DNA of 64,000 bases, taken from assembly GCF_009914755.1 (NCBI RefSeq), contig NC_060926.1. One strand, written 5' to 3'. Both the position numbers and the translations under genes were made by a program. How positions within the stretch are numbered: the stretch's first letter is position 1; every line of letters begins with the position of its first letter. Below the pieces are notes generated by a model. The model made no database searches and was not told the DNA's origin. It saw only the letters and a list, made by a program, of their open reading frames with translations. The stretch comes from the human T2T-CHM13v2.0 reference genome, Homo sapiens. Positions 13,227-33,314 of this stretch are shown piece after piece.

Positions 13227-13735
13227 GTAAGGTGCTTCTTCCAATGCACGTGCTTAATATTAGCCATGTTCTTCTACCAGATTAAAAAGTTGTATGTGTT
13301 GTTCTACAAGATTGTGAAATTTTTATTTTTATTTTTTAATTTTAATTTTTTTTTTTTTTTTTTTAGAGACAGGTCCTTGCTCTGTCACCTAGACTGGAGT
13401 ACAGTGGTGGGATCTCGGCTCACTGCCGCCTTGACCTCCCAGGCTCAAAGGACCCTCCCACCTCAGTCTCCTGAGTAACAAACTACAGGCACACACCACC
13501 ACACCCAGCTAATTTTTAAAAATATTTGTAGAGATGGGCTCTCACTATGTTGCCCAGGCTGATCTCAAACTCCTGGGCTCAAATGATCCTCTTGCTGCGG
13601 CCTCCCAAAGTGTTGGGACTATACGCGAGAGCCATCGTGCCCAGTCATAATTTTTAATTACAAAAGTTTTTTGGCCAGGAGAGGTGGCTCACGCTTGTAA
13701 TCCCAGCACTTTGGGAGGCCAAGGCGGGCAGATCA

Positions 13736-14034
<299 letters not shown>

Positions 14035-14872
14035 CTAGAAATGAAGTCAAACAATAATCTCTGACATTCATATAGTCAGAACCTGATGAAAGTCCATTAG
14101 CAAGTAAAATAGTCACAAATCTTCCTATATTTATATTGTGACAAAATCACAAATTTAAAGCTATTATTATTTTTCAAGTGAAAAGAATGTTACTTTTTTT
14201 TTTTTTTTTTTTTTTTTGAGACAGAGTCTCTCTCTCTTGACCAGGCTGGAGTGCAGTGGCGCTACACTCAGGTCACTGCAACCTTTGCTTCCTGGGTTCA
14301 AGCGATTCTCCTACCTCAGCATCCCGAGTAGCTGGGACTACAGCCATGTGCCACCACGCCTGGCTAATTTTTGTATTTTTAGTAGAGCTGGGGTTTCACT
14401 ACATTGACCAGGATGGTCTCAAATTCCTGACCTCAGGTGAGCCACCCGCCTTGAACCTCCTAAAGTGCTGGGATTACAGGCGTGAGCCACTGCACCCGGC
14501 CTGAAATTTTTTTTAGATATTTATTTTCCCTCAGTAAATGTGCTTTGGCTTTTGTGTAATCTGCTTATGACTATTTTATTATTTCCTGCCACTGAATCAG
14601 TGAGACTTTAAAATTTCAAACTTAAAATCTTAAATGACACATTGCTACTTACTGAAATGATAGGAACACCCTGAATATGAATAGAAAGGCAGTTTCCGGC
14701 CGGGCGCGGTGGCTCATGCCTGTAATCCCAGCACTTTGGGAGGCCGAGGTGGTTAGATGACGAGGTCAGGAGATCAAGACCATCTTGGCTAACACGGTGA
14801 AACCCCATCTCTACTAAAAATGCAAAAAATTAGCCGGGCATGGTGGCGAGTGCCTGTAGTCCCAGCTACTCA

Positions 14873-15040
<168 letters not shown>

Positions 15041-15417
15041 CTATGCCTTTTCCAAGACTTAGGGCAGTAGTTCCATCTCCAGAAAAAATAAAAATAAGAT
15101 AATAGTTGCATAGTGCTATGCCCTATACAAAATACGACCTTTGTAACCATTTCCCAAAGATTTTTTGTTGGTTGGTTGGTTGTTTAAGTGTTATTTATCT
15201 TTTTATCTTATCTTCAAGATAAAAAAACAGGTGTGGGCCAGTTGATGATGTTGTTCCACTAGTGGGGCCAGTTGAAACCTCTCTTCTCTAAATCATGATA
15301 GGACAGCTGTCAAAGCAAAGGCTGGCTTAAAATCCTTTTGGGGAGGGGGTTCAGGACCATTGTTGGCAAACTTTTTTCCTTCCCCCATTATTCATATTTT
15401 ATTGTATTTTTCCCCAG

Positions 15418-15465
15418 ACAACACCACCCCATGTTATTGGTCAGTTGGACAAACTCATCAGAGAG
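15418..15465 (+). CDS. SLC30A6: SLC30A6 coding exon, 48 nt
   Basis: ccccag|ACA ACA CCA...AGA GAG|gtaaga; TTPPHVIGQLDKLIRE. Confidence 0.93.
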
Positions 15466-15755
15466 GTAAGATGGAATAGTAAATAAAATCATTTTATTTT
15501 ATATCAGGGAATTGAAAAGGTGGATACTTTTAATACTTTATTCAACTCTACCTAGAATTTTATTTGAGGGAAGTTCATGTTCTTCACAATAACATACTAG
15601 GAGCCATAATATAGTGGCAAACGTGGAAAAATATGAGGAATTGTTCAATTTGGAAATCAAATTCACTTGAAGTGAATGTGGAAGGTAATGGCCTAATGAC
15701 CACCCTATTATAAATGCTATGATTTTTATTTATTTTATTTAGTTATTTAGTTATT

Positions 15756-17383
<1,628 letters not shown>

Positions 17384-18025
17384 TAACTAATGAAGAAATA
17401 AAATAATGAACTATTTTGATGTTGAAACTATTTTAAACCTTTGATTGTCAGTGTGACAGAGGCCACTTTTACCAGTATAACTGGCTACTACTCTCAACTA
17501 GTGAAGCCTGGCCTTGAGTATGTGTCCTGTGCAACTGTACCAGTGGGCTACACACTATATATCTGGCCTTGGAATTTCTTCTAGACTCACATCCAAACAA
17601 CATCCTGTGTTGTGCAGAGATTTGTTATAAGGGATTTCAGAGAAAGAAGTGATTGAGAAAACAAAAAAATTAAGTAAAAAATCTGATACCACAAAGTGCT
17701 AGATATAAATATATTCCATATTGATATGAAAAGAACCATACACTGTTGAAGAAATTGGTTGGGGTAGGGGTTTAAAACTGAGCAGTGGGGACCTGATTCT
17801 AAAAGAATTGGGGCAAGCAAGAAACGAGGAAAGCAAGGTCTTGGGTCAGTATGGAACAAACAGGAATGGTATCTTGAGTGGTCTGAGACTTCTCTTAGCT
17901 AATGAGTGTCCTTGTGCAGGATTTGGCTGTCATTCTTAAGTTTAAACTAAGTCCATAATGTGACTAAACTGCATTGGATATGTTAAGTACAGACAACTCT
18001 GATCACCTCTTTCTGTTTTTGGTAG

Positions 18026-18094
18026 GTATCTACCTTAGATGGAGTTTTAGAAGTCCGAAATGAACATTTTTGGACCCTAGGTTTTGGCTCATTG
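18026..18094 (+). CDS. SLC30A6: SLC30A6 coding exon, 69 nt
   Basis: tggtag|GTA TCT...TCA TTG|gtatgt; VSTLDGVLEVRNEHFWTLGFGSL (CDF C-terminal domain HFW motif). Confidence 0.94.
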
Positions 18095-18695
18095 GTATGT
18101 TCTTTTACATATGACTTTAGTTATAATTTAAAATATAGTCTTCCATTTTTAAAACTGAAAAAAAGTATTTCCTTAAAATTTTTATAGAGCCTTTGATTCC
18201 TAGTTATGTTAAGCAGAGTCTAAAATGTACATGAATTCAATTACCTAATTGAGGGATTTTTTGGTGTTTAGAGACAGGGTCTCACTCTGTTGCCCAGGCT
18301 GGTGTTGAACTCCTGGCCTCAAGCAGTCCTCCCGCCTTAATCTCCCAAACAATAGAGGAATGTTTTTATTTTTTTTCCATCAAACATGTTAATGATAATA
18401 ATACAGGAGTGTCCAGATAAGACAAATTTGTAGTCAGTGTAATTTCCAAATAAGAAAATGTTAAAAAAAATTAAAAGTGCAATTGCTTTCTTTTTTAACT
18501 GTAGTTCTCATTTTGGAGAGTTTGCTGAATATTTTGAAGAACTACAGTAACACAACTTGCTTCAGCATAAAATTTCGTATTTTCTAATTCAGTTTGAACC
18601 TCAATACCAGAGAGACTTTATTATGACACGGTTTTACTCGTACGTTAGGAATGATGAGGAAAATACAGAAAATGTAAAGCACTATAATCTTATCA

Positions 18696-19089
<394 letters not shown>

Positions 19090-19392
19090 TTATAATTAGC
19101 TCTTTTTGTTTAATTAATTTATCATGAACAGTTTTCTATGTCATTAAATACTCTTCTACAGTATCATTAAAAAAAACAGATAGGGTTTGATTTTTCTAAT
19201 ATAACACAAATTTTATAGATAAACAGATCAAAGCTGGTCTAGCAGTTCAATGATATTACCCACTTTGCAGTCTTTAGTTTCAGGCTATGCTTTTGTAGTG
19301 GGAAAATGGTTGCTTCACCTCCACCTTCCCCAACTCTTTCCCTCTCTCATTATTTTGGATGTCTAAAACTTATTACAAGAAAAACTTGAGAC

Positions 19393-19785
19393 TGTAACAT
19401 CCCCTCCCTCCTTACTGGGAAGGTGCCAAATGACCAGAGTGTCAAGAGACCAAAGAATGACTTGGACAGGTCCAGCATGGCCAGTAGGTGAGTTTGTTAG
19501 GAGTTACCTATGGGGCACTCCTGGGAAGCAGGACAGCTTTAGAGATCTACCCACCTCCCATTTCTAAGCTGCTTTTAAGCTAATTTTCTCGCTCTTTGCC
19601 TGCTGTATGTGTGTAATGAGACTGTTTTCCTTGGTAGGGTCTCAGATGCTCTCTAAAATCTTTGGTTCTCAGGGTCGCTTGCTCCTCGACTGTACACCAT
19701 GGCTTTGGCTCATTGCCTGGCCTTCAGAGTTCGGGCAGCGGACATACATCATCGAATAACCTAGTGGGGGACCCACCACACTACA
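19393..19785 (-). mobile_element. Solo LTR, probably ERVL class (LTR32-like, family from memory)
   Basis: TG...CA termini (tgtaac...ctaca); GC-richer block in AT-rich surroundings; no clear TSD. Confidence 0.55.
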
Positions 19786-20070
19786 CTTCTTTAAATTCTT
19801 TAGAAGGGGCCGTTGGGAACAATATTCTCTAAATTCTTGAATGTTGAAAGCAGCTTGTGGACATTATAATTAAAAATTAGTTTGATTGGATATAAACTCT
19901 TCAGTACACATTTGTTTCAAGTTTCTTAACATTATCCCTTTTATTTCTGGCATGAAGCATTTCTGAGACAATGCCTAATGATAGTCTTAATTTTTTTCCT
20001 TTTATATGTCACTTGGTCTTTTTGCCTGGATGCCCAAAAGATTTTTTTTTAAGTTCAGTACCTTTACTAG

Positions 20071-20319
<249 letters not shown>

Positions 20320-21102
20320 TAGTAGAGATGGGGTTTTACCATGTTGACCAAGCTAGTCTCAGACTCCTGACCTCAAGTGATCCTCCCTCCTTGGCCTCCC
20401 AAAGTGTTGGGATTACAGGCATGAGCTACTGCGCTCGGCCCACAGTGCACGCTTTTGATAATGCTGTTTCAAAAATAATTTTTTAAAACATCTAATTGTA
20501 TTTTGTAATATTTGTTCTATTCTCTTTCTTTGGTTTTCTTTTGTGGAAACTTCTGTTATGTGCATGTTAAATATGTTGGATCTTTGCCTTTCTTACTGTT
20601 ATTTTCTTTCAAATTCTTATCTTTTAATTTCCTTTTGATTTTTTTTAACCTTTTGTGTCTCTTAAAGTATACCTGTATGTTTCCTTATGTTTGTGTTTGT
20701 TCTGAGTAAGTCTTCATTTCTAAAGTGATCTTTTTTTCTTGTATTACAATTGTCATCTCATTTCTAAGGTTTTCTAATTCTGATTTATGATCTTGTTTTA
20801 TATCTTTTGATTGGTTTTTAAAAAGTAGGTTATAGTTTTTATCTGACATGTAGTTTTATCTGTCTGGTGATCTTTTATAATCTGTTTTATAGTCTCTTTT
20901 TCTTACATAACTTTGTGTGGGATTTGACCCTCTCTTCTTTTCTGTTGCTCATTTTTATGTGAAATTAGTTTTCCTGAACATTAAAATTAGGAGTGGTTTA
21001 GGGTAGTGTGTACAAATTCATGGGTCTAGAGCTCCATCTTCTGATGATTTTGTGAACGAAGAAAGATTTTTGTTCTGGCTTTGTTCCTCTCTGCCATTTT
21101 TA

Positions 21103-21139
<37 letters not shown>

Positions 21140-21169
21140 AGACAGGGTCTCACTCTGTCGCCAGGCTAG

Positions 21170-21294
<125 letters not shown>

Positions 21295-22320
21295 TGAATT
21301 TTTTGGTAGAAACAGGGTTTCACCATGTTGGCCAGGCTGGTCTCAAACTTCTGACCTCAGGTGATCTGCTCTTGGCCTCCCAAAGTGCTAAGATTACAGG
21401 AGTGAGCCACTGTGTCCAGCATTTTTTTTTTTTTTTTTTTTTTTTTAAGGAGACAGCGTCCTGCCCTGTCACCTAGGCTGGAGTGAGTGGTACAGATATA
21501 GCTCACTGCAGTCTCAAATGTCTGGGCTCAAATGATCCTCCTACCTCAGCCTTCCCAGTAGCTGGGATTACAGGTACACGCCACCATGCCCAGCTGATCT
21601 TTTTAATTTTTTTTGTAGAGACAGTCTTGCTGTGTTGCCTAGGCTGGTCTTGAACTCTTGGCCTTAAGCACTCCTACTGCCTTGGCCTCCCAAAGTGTTG
21701 GGATTACAGGCACGAGCCACTGTGCCTGGCCCTGCCTTACATTTTTATCTGAACTTCTTCTGTCCTTTGTCTCAACTGTACTACTCAGTTTGGATTCTCT
21801 TGCCATTGTTTCTTTTTGATATGGAGCTTTTTTTTTTTTTTTTGGAGGGGAGCTTTGCCTGGTTACTTTCGAGACTCATAGGGCTCAGACTATTCCAGCC
21901 CTTATTGCAGACCCAGTGTATTTGCCCACTGTTGTAATGTGCAAAACTCCTCCCAGTTGCAGCTGCTTTTCTCATATTGGCTGTCCTAGATTTCCATTAA
22001 GTCTTGTTAGCCGCTTTGGGGTTTTTAGGTCAGTCAGATGTGCTGTTGCTTCCTGCTGCACAGATTGTGTTACCTTGAAGGTCTTACACCTTTTATTTGG
22101 GTTTTCATAGGGGTACTAGGTTACTTTCTTTGTTTTAATGGAAATATTTGAGGCATTTCAAACACTGCCACCACTGCTGCCATCTTGCAAGAATCCCAAC
22201 ATAATTTTTAGTTTTCTTAGTTTTACATTATCTAAATATGCCATAATTTATTTCATAAGTCCCTTAGTGAATATTTAGATTCTCTTCTATTTTTCCTATA
22301 TTAACAGGTCTAGGATAAAC

Positions 22321-22755
22321 TTTTTTTTTTTTTTTTTTTTTTGAGACGGAGTCTCACACTGTCACCTGGGCTGGAGTGCAATGGCATGATCTTGGCTCAC
22401 TGCAACCTCCGCCTCCTGAGTTCAAGCAACTCTCCTGCCTCAGCCTCCCAAGTAGATAAAAACTAGAAAGAAGCTATCTGTGAAACTGCTTTGTGATGTG
22501 TAGATTCATCTCACAGAGTTAAACCTTTTTATTGATTCAGGAGGTTGGAATCTCTCTTTTTGTAGAATCTGCGAAGAGACAGCCGGGATTACAGATGCCC
22601 CACCATGCCCCACGTCTGGCTAATTTTTTGTATTTTTAGTAGAGATAGGGTTTCACTGTGTTGGCCAGGCTGGTCTCGAACTCCTGATCTTGTGATCTGC
22701 CCGCCTCGGCCTCCCAAAGTGCTGGGATTATAAGAATGAGGCACCATGCCCAGCC
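22321..22755 (-). mobile_element. AluS host of the alphoid insert
   Basis: Complete Alu split at caagtag|ccgggattaca; TSD taggataaac (22311-22320) / tgggataaac (22756-22765). Confidence 0.9.
22456..22580 (+). repeat. Alpha-satellite partial monomer (about 125 bp) embedded in an Alu
   Basis: ataaaaactagaaagaagctatctgtgaaactgctttgtgatgtgtagattcatctcacagagttaaacc...tttttgtagaatctgc is colinear with the alphoid consensus as recalled. Confidence 0.88.
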
Positions 22756-22977
22756 TGGGATAAACATTTTTATGGGATAATCTTTGTAAATATCCATGAT
22801 TATTTCTTAAGATTAATTTTTAGAAGTTTTTGTAAATCTGAAAATATTCACATTTTTATGGCTTTTGATGCAAATTCCCAAATTGCCTTCTAGAATGCCT
22901 TTTAGAACTACACACCTTGAGTCTTATGTTCATTTTTAACCATTCTTTCCTTTATTTTTTTAATTAATTAATTTTTT

Positions 22978-23083
22978 AAAATATGGAACGCTTCATGAAT
23001 TTGCATGTCATCTTTGCACAGAGGCCATACTAATCTTCTCTGTATCGTTCCAATTTGAGTATATGTGCTGCCGAAGTGACCAC
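22978..23083 (-). pseudogene. Full-length U6 snRNA retropseudogene
   Basis: Minus strand reads GTGGTCACTTCGGCAGCACATATACT...GATACAGAGAAGATTAG...GAAGCGTTCCATATTTT; A-rich tail at about 22951-22977; TSD ttaaccattcttt at 22936-22948 and 23084-23096. Confidence 0.93.
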
Positions 23084-24178
23084 TTAACCATTCTTTTAAT
23101 TGCGTTAATGACATTGGATGGCTTATAAACACAAAGAATATAGTCATCAACTCAGAACTTGGCATCTAGAAACCACACCTATGAAGTCCCTGGTTAAGAC
23201 CCAGGAATTTAATAAAACAAGCTTTTGAGCTGCTAAAAGTTAATATCACAAAAGCCATAGATTAACGCATGCACTGTAATTATAGGAGACTTTTCAAGTT
23301 CATACTCTGAAAACAGAGTTTCCTTATTTTAATTACTTTGATTTCCATATCAGACTGAAAGAGGATATGGCATCTTTAATACTTAGGTAGTGACAACTGT
23401 GAATGGTAGTGGCAAAAGAAAAGGGAAAAATCAAAGATGACTTGATTTCAAGACGTGGCTTGTCTTAGCTAAAAGTAATAAACTGGAAGTCAAATTCAAG
23501 GAATATAGATATTTTCTCTGTCTCATGATTGACAGTAGCTCTCTTACTATTTTTCTGTATTTTGTATTTCAAGTCATAGATTCAGATACAGTGTTACTAA
23601 ACAATTTGGCTAATTTATGTGCAGTTTATGTTTTGTAAGAATTTTTTTCTTTTTTGAAAATCTGTGTTTATTTAGAGACCAACATGGAGTGTCTGCTGGA
23701 CATTTTATTTAATTTTATTTACTCTCTTTTTTTGAGACTGGGTCTGGCTCTGTTGCCCAGCCTGGAGTGTAGCGACATGATCTTGGCTCACTGCAACATC
23801 TGCCTCATGGGCTCAAGCCATCCTCACACCTCAGCCTCCCAAGTAGCTGTGACTATAGGCGCGCACCACCACGCCTGGCTAATTTTTGTATTTTTTGTAG
23901 AGATGGGGTTTTGCCATGTTGTCCAGTCTGGTCTCAAACTCCTGAGCTCAAGTGATCCATCTACCTCAGCCTCCCAAAGTGCTGGGATTACAGGCATGAG
24001 CTACCATGCCTGGCCATCTATTATATATATATATATATATATTTTTTTTTTTTTAAGTTCTTATTAGGCAAATAGTACCCAATTGTTAAGAAAATAAAAA
24101 CTTGTAACTAAGTCATAAAAAAGAGAGTAAATATCCTTAATAATTCTGCCATCTAGAGATAAATATTGTCATCCTTGA

Positions 24179-24382
<204 letters not shown>

Positions 24383-24486
24383 TAATTTATTTTTTATAAC
24401 GATAGAGTCTTGCTATGTGGTCCAGGCTGGTCTCAAACTCTTCCTTAAGCAATCCAACCTAGGTGCCCATCAATCCTAGGTGTTAT

Positions 24487-26350
<1,864 letters not shown>

Positions 26351-26445
26351 TTTTTTTTTTTTTCTTGATACAAGGTCTCTCTTTGTCACCCAGGCTGGCG
26401 TGCAGTGGTGCAGCCACTGCAGCCTCGACCTCTAAGGTTCAATCA

Positions 26446-26823
<378 letters not shown>

Positions 26824-27025
26824 TTAACAAATATACTTCTAACTCTCATTGTAATGCCTGGTGTTCTCTATCCCTTAGAAGCCTTGATATCATCTTTGAT
26901 GAGTCAATCTTCCTCATCCTTTACTTCCAGCTGGGTATCAAGTCCTTCCATTACTACCTCTGGAATATGATATATCTGTCTGTCCCTCTCTGATCCCACT
27001 ATTTTTGGCCTGGCTCAGCTCTCCT

Positions 27026-27080
27026 CTTTTGTTTTGTTTTGTTTTGTTTTGTTTTGTTTTGTTTTGTTTTGTTTTGTTTT
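27026..27080 (+). repeat. (TTTTG)n Alu-tail microsatellite
   Basis: Directly visible. Confidence 0.9.
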
Positions 27081-27255
27081 GTGACAGAGTCTTGTTCTGT
27101 CTCCCAGGCTGGAGTGCAGTGGCATGATCTCTGCTCTCTGCAACGTCTGCCTCCTGGATTCAAGTGATTTTCCTGCCTCAGCCTCCTGAGTAGTTGGGAT
27201 TACAGGTGCATGCCACCATGCCCAGCTAATTTTTGTATTTTTAGTAGAGACGTGA

Positions 27256-27381
<126 letters not shown>

Positions 27382-27781
27382 TAGATTGTTGAAGTTTTTT
27401 TCCTACCTGATTTCCAGTCATCTATACCTACAATTTTTCTGAACTCTGATTATTTATTTCTGTTAGGTTGCAGATGTTAAATTGAAATTCTTTATCATTT
27501 TAGAGTCCTCTGGTAGCCTCTTTTTAACCTTATTACCTACCTATCATTTTTCTTTCTTCCTTCTTCCCTTCTTCTCTTCCCATGCTGGGAGTGCGATGGC
27601 GTGATCTCGGCTCACTGCAACCTCCGCCTCCCAGGTTCAAGCAATTCTTCTGCCTCAGCCCCCTGAGTAGCTGGGATTATAGGCACGTGTCACCACACCC
27701 GGCTAATTTTTGTATTTTTAGTGGAGGTGGGGTTTCACCATGTTGGTCAGGCTGGTCTCGAACTCCTGACGTCAGGGGTGA

Positions 27782-28338
<557 letters not shown>

Positions 28339-28718
28339 TGAAATTCTGTTTAATCACCAACCGTAGATTAAATGCCATCTTCTTTTGAAGTCCTCTTCAA
28401 TTGGAATTAATACCTACCTTTTCGGCTCTTACATTGTATTTTTTGTATGTTTCATTTATATTCTTCCTTGTATTATAATATTCCTATCTTGTTCCTACAT
28501 GGATATTTCTTTTTTTGTATTTTAAAGATTCACAAATTATTTAACTCATTACAATGATAATCACCAGCAAGTAGTCTTTAAGAAATATTAACATTAAGCT
28601 TTTTCTTTCAAAGAAAATGCCAGGAACTTACCAAATCATAAATAAAATGTTTTATCTAATGAATTTTTTGTTAGTATAATTCTAAGCAATCTCTTTGTTA
28701 TGATTTTGCCCCTTTTAG

Positions 28719-29219
28719 GCTGGATCAGTGCATGTAAGAATTCGACGAGATGCCAATGAACAAATGGTTCTTGCTCATGTGACCAACAGGCTGTACACTC
28801 TAGTGTCTACTCTAACTGTTCAAATTTTCAAGGATGACTGGATTAGGCCTGCCTTATTGTCTGGGCCTGTTGCAGCCAATGTCCTAAACTTTTCAGATCA
28901 TCACGTAATCCCAATGCCTCTTTTAAAGGGTACTGATGATTTGAACCCAGTTACATCAACTCCAGCTAAACCTAGTAGTCCACCTCCAGAATTTTCATTT
29001 AACACTCCTGGGAAAAATGTGAACCCAGTTATTCTTCTAAACACACAAACAAGGCCTTATGGTTTTGGTCTCAATCATGGACACACACCTTACAGCAGCA
29101 TGCTTAATCAAGGACTTGGAGTTCCAGGAATTGGAGCAACTCAAGGATTGAGGACTGGTTTTACAAATATACCAAGTAGATATGGAACTAATAATAGAAT
29201 TGGACAACCAAGACCATGA
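28719..29219 (+). CDS. SLC30A6: SLC30A6 terminal coding exon
   Basis: ttttag|GCT GGA TCA GTG CAT GTA...; AGSVHVRIRRDANEQ...IGQPRP then TGA TAG; matches ORF 28728..29219. Confidence 0.96.
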   Translation, partial: AGSVHVRIRRDANEQMVLAHVTNRLYTLVSTLTVQIFKDDWIRPALLSGPVAANVLNFSDHHVIPMPLLKGTDDLNPVTSTPAKPSSPPPEFSFNTPGKNVNPVILLNTQTRPYGFGLNHGHTPYSSMLNQGLGVPGIGATQGLRTGFTNIPSRYGTNNRIGQPRP

Positions 29220-29555
29220 TAGACTCTAACTTATTTTTATAAGGAATATTGACTCCTTGGCTTCCAATTTATTTAGTAATCCAACTTTGCATTGACTGTT
29301 TAATCATTTACTCTAAATGTTAGATAATAGTAGTCTTGTTCACATTTCATGAAACCTATGAAACTATATTTTTGTAAAATGTATTTGTGACAGTGAAATC
29401 CTCGTAAATGTTAAAGGCTTTAAATAGGCTTCCTTTAGAAAATGTGTTTCTTTAAATTTGGATTTTGGTATCTTTGGTTTTGTAGTTGACTGCAGTGTGA
29501 TGTGACCTTACCTTTATAAGAGCCACTTGATGGAGTAGATCTGTCACATTACTAA

Positions 29556-29963
<408 letters not shown>

Positions 29964-32861
29964 GATATTTTCTTTAATGAAATTTATAAATATGCTTCTT
30001 GAATAATACACATTTTGGGAAAGGGAAAAATGTCTGTTCAAAAAGTAAAAGTCTCTTTTATAGCTTTTCCAAACTTAATTGCTAAATTTTTCTTTGAGGT
30101 TCTCCTGAATTATGTCTTACAAACTAAAAGCAAAAATTTTTAGCAGAAATTTTGGAATACATTCTATCTAGCACAATTTGAATTTTTAATTATCAAGATT
30201 TTTGTTAAAGTTTCTCTCCTTTAAAAATTTTAGTACATTTGTAAATAGTCCATGGTTCTCAGTGTTTTATTTTGATTAAGTGACTACCCAACTTTTGGTG
30301 ATATGCAGTGAAAGAATCCCAATTTTCTATGTTACATTTAATCAAATACTGACATAATGAATTTATCTTTCCTGACACATTTTCATTCATTGGCTTTTTA
30401 ATTTCTTATTTTATTAACAAAATATATCAGATATATTACCAAAACACATGGAGTTCCATACATAATATGGAATTTGATGTCTTTTCAAGTTGCACAAAGA
30501 ATTTGAGCATATATAATTTTACCAAAGCATAATGGACCTTAGATTATAGAATACAGCATTGTTAGGTCTGCAGTGGGCAGTTTCTTTTTGTTTTGCTTTG
30601 TCAAAAATGGGAAATTGTTAACTGTGATGAAATGTGAGAATTACATAGATTATGTTATTTTTTAGTTGTTTTCCAAATGCAGAGTTTAAGGACTTTCTAA
30701 CATGGCTAGTATTACTTCCAAAAAGTATAACAAGCAGCAGTCACACATGACCTAGGAGGGTTTTTTATTGTTTTATTTTATTATGCATTCCATAACAGTT
30801 TTAAAATGGGATTTTGAGAATGGACTTAACTTTCCTGGAATCCAATGCTCCTGGAGATTTATGACTTTCCCAGCCATCAGCCAGCTATCTAGAGAAGATT
30901 TTTGTTTTTCTTTTGCAACAGTTTCTTCAGTCAACTCATTCACTTTCAAATAGGAGCAGCACTTTGAAATCCTTTTTCTTCACTGTGGATTAAAAACATC
31001 CAAGAAGCCATCTCTGTCAAGCAGAATTGTCATCTGTGGTAATAAGTGACCATGTCCTAAATACCTTTTTCTTAGTGAGGAGTTGGTCATTGTCTTTGGC
31101 ATCTGCAACCCCTGTTCAGGCATGTGACCTGCTAAAGAAATACAGCCTACACTACCTTGACTACTGGGGAAAATGATACTTCGTAAAATGTAATAAGGCA
31201 ACCTGTTCCTTGGCCTTTATCTTATGTTTTCCAACTATTACTGTATCTGTTATTGGTCTACTATTACAGGATGATTCTTCTTCCTCCATTGATCTCAACT
31301 AAATATGAATTAGGGTCATGCATGAAATCTGAACTGCCGTGTCCTGAGTTATGGTTAAGAGGTATGTGCTGCCACCCCATGCATGTCTTCCCCATCCCCA
31401 TAGGATTTTAAAGTGTTCAGGTACCAAACACAGTTCTGTGTGAGGTTTTATGCCTACTTCCTCAACACCAATTCAGAGGCAACACCTGTGCATCTGTCCC
31501 ACCAAAGGTGCTTTAATACCTACCTTCACTATTTGAGAAAGGACACTCACAGTTGCCTGTGGGTTATGAAAGAATTGGCCCTACGTCCTGCATGTAAGAT
31601 GTTACAGGGGACATTGGGCCAGGCATTATTATATAGAGAAGTCTTATTTGCCAAGCTCTGACTAACTTCTGGATATGAAAATAAGGAACTTGCCCAGCAT
31701 AGGCCTATAGGCAGCAGCCTTACTAGTAAATCTTGCCACAGAATCACTTGAAGCTAGACAGAGAAAGAAGTTCAATTTAAATATTTGTCCCATTGTTTGT
31801 GATTAGGATGTAAGCTTTGTGGAATGTAATTAACCCTGCTTTACGAAGTCACCATATTATAATAGGAAAAACACTGCCTAGGAGGCAAGAGATCTGAATT
31901 CCAGTTCTGATGCTGCCACTGTGTAAGGAAGTAGTTTTATAAACCATGGGCAAATCATCTGAGCTTTCTCATCTGTAAAGTTAGGGAGAGGAATTAATTA
32001 GTTGATCTGTAAAATAATCAGCTTCAAAACGTTATGGCTAAATCTGTAGAATGTATGCCCAATTGCTAAACGGATGTTGTGCCCAGAATTTTATCTAGTG
32101 ACTACCTCAACATACAGGCCAAGCGTTACCTACACCAACACCCAAGCCATTAATTTGAGGTGCCATGAGAATAGGTGAACCACAGCCTAACACCATTTAG
32201 GTTTTTGTGTTTTTTTCAGGCTTGCCTCTACTTAAATATATTTAGATGAGAGAGTTCTCTTAGACTTCTTTCTTTGTAAGGAAGGGTTATTTGGGGAAGT
32301 GTTGGAAAAAAGATTAGGGCAGGGTACCCTTAGTTTATATAGGGTACAAAAGAATGGGAAACATCTTCCCTTTCTTCTTTAATCTCTGAAGTCATGTTTG
32401 GAATTACATATAATGTAGCAGGTACTGGAGAGGACCTGAATTTCAAGCTTCTGATTTAGCTGTTTGTAAACTTCCAAGTTTTGCTTGACTAAAGAATGCT
32501 GATCTTTTTTGGGAGTCTGATCTCCTTCTAATATCAGAAAGTGCTTTTTATATTCCAGATTGCTTGAATTAAACTGTTTGGATTAAAGAACATATATGGA
32601 GTTTCCTCTCTGGTTTTAAATAATCTTTCTTTATTCAGTAGCTATTAATAATTTATCTCATATTCAGCGAATATTTATTGAGAATATTGTTGAGAATTTC
32701 TTACATGCCAGGCACTATACTAAGTTAATATGCATTCAGTATACCAGTTGGTGTGACCCAGACCAAAGGTAACACAAAGATGAATGAGAATTCCTTCAAG
32801 GCGCCGATAATCCTAGTAGGAGAGCTAAGACACAAAACTGTTGCATGTTTTTAATCATCAA

Positions 32862-32867
32862 ATTAAA
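32862..32867 (+). terminator. Candidate distal poly(A) signal ATTAAA of SLC30A6
   Basis: Hexamer followed by pyrimidine/U-rich tracts, just before the NLRC4 3' end. Confidence 0.55.
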
Positions 32868-32973
32868 CTTCTTTCCACGTCCTTATCTTCTTTGGCATCC
32901 TTTTGCAAGATTTTTTTTAACTACCAGGCTTAAAATAATGAGGTCCCAGAGCACTTACTGGCTTCGAGTACAC

Positions 32974-32978
32974 TTTAT

Positions 32979-32979
<1 letters not shown>
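32974..32979 (-). terminator. NLRC4 poly(A) signal AATAAA overlapping the TAA stop
   Basis: Minus strand reads GCT TAA ATAAAGTG; the last A of the stop is the first A of AATAAA. Confidence 0.8.
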
Positions 32980-33314
<335 letters not shown>

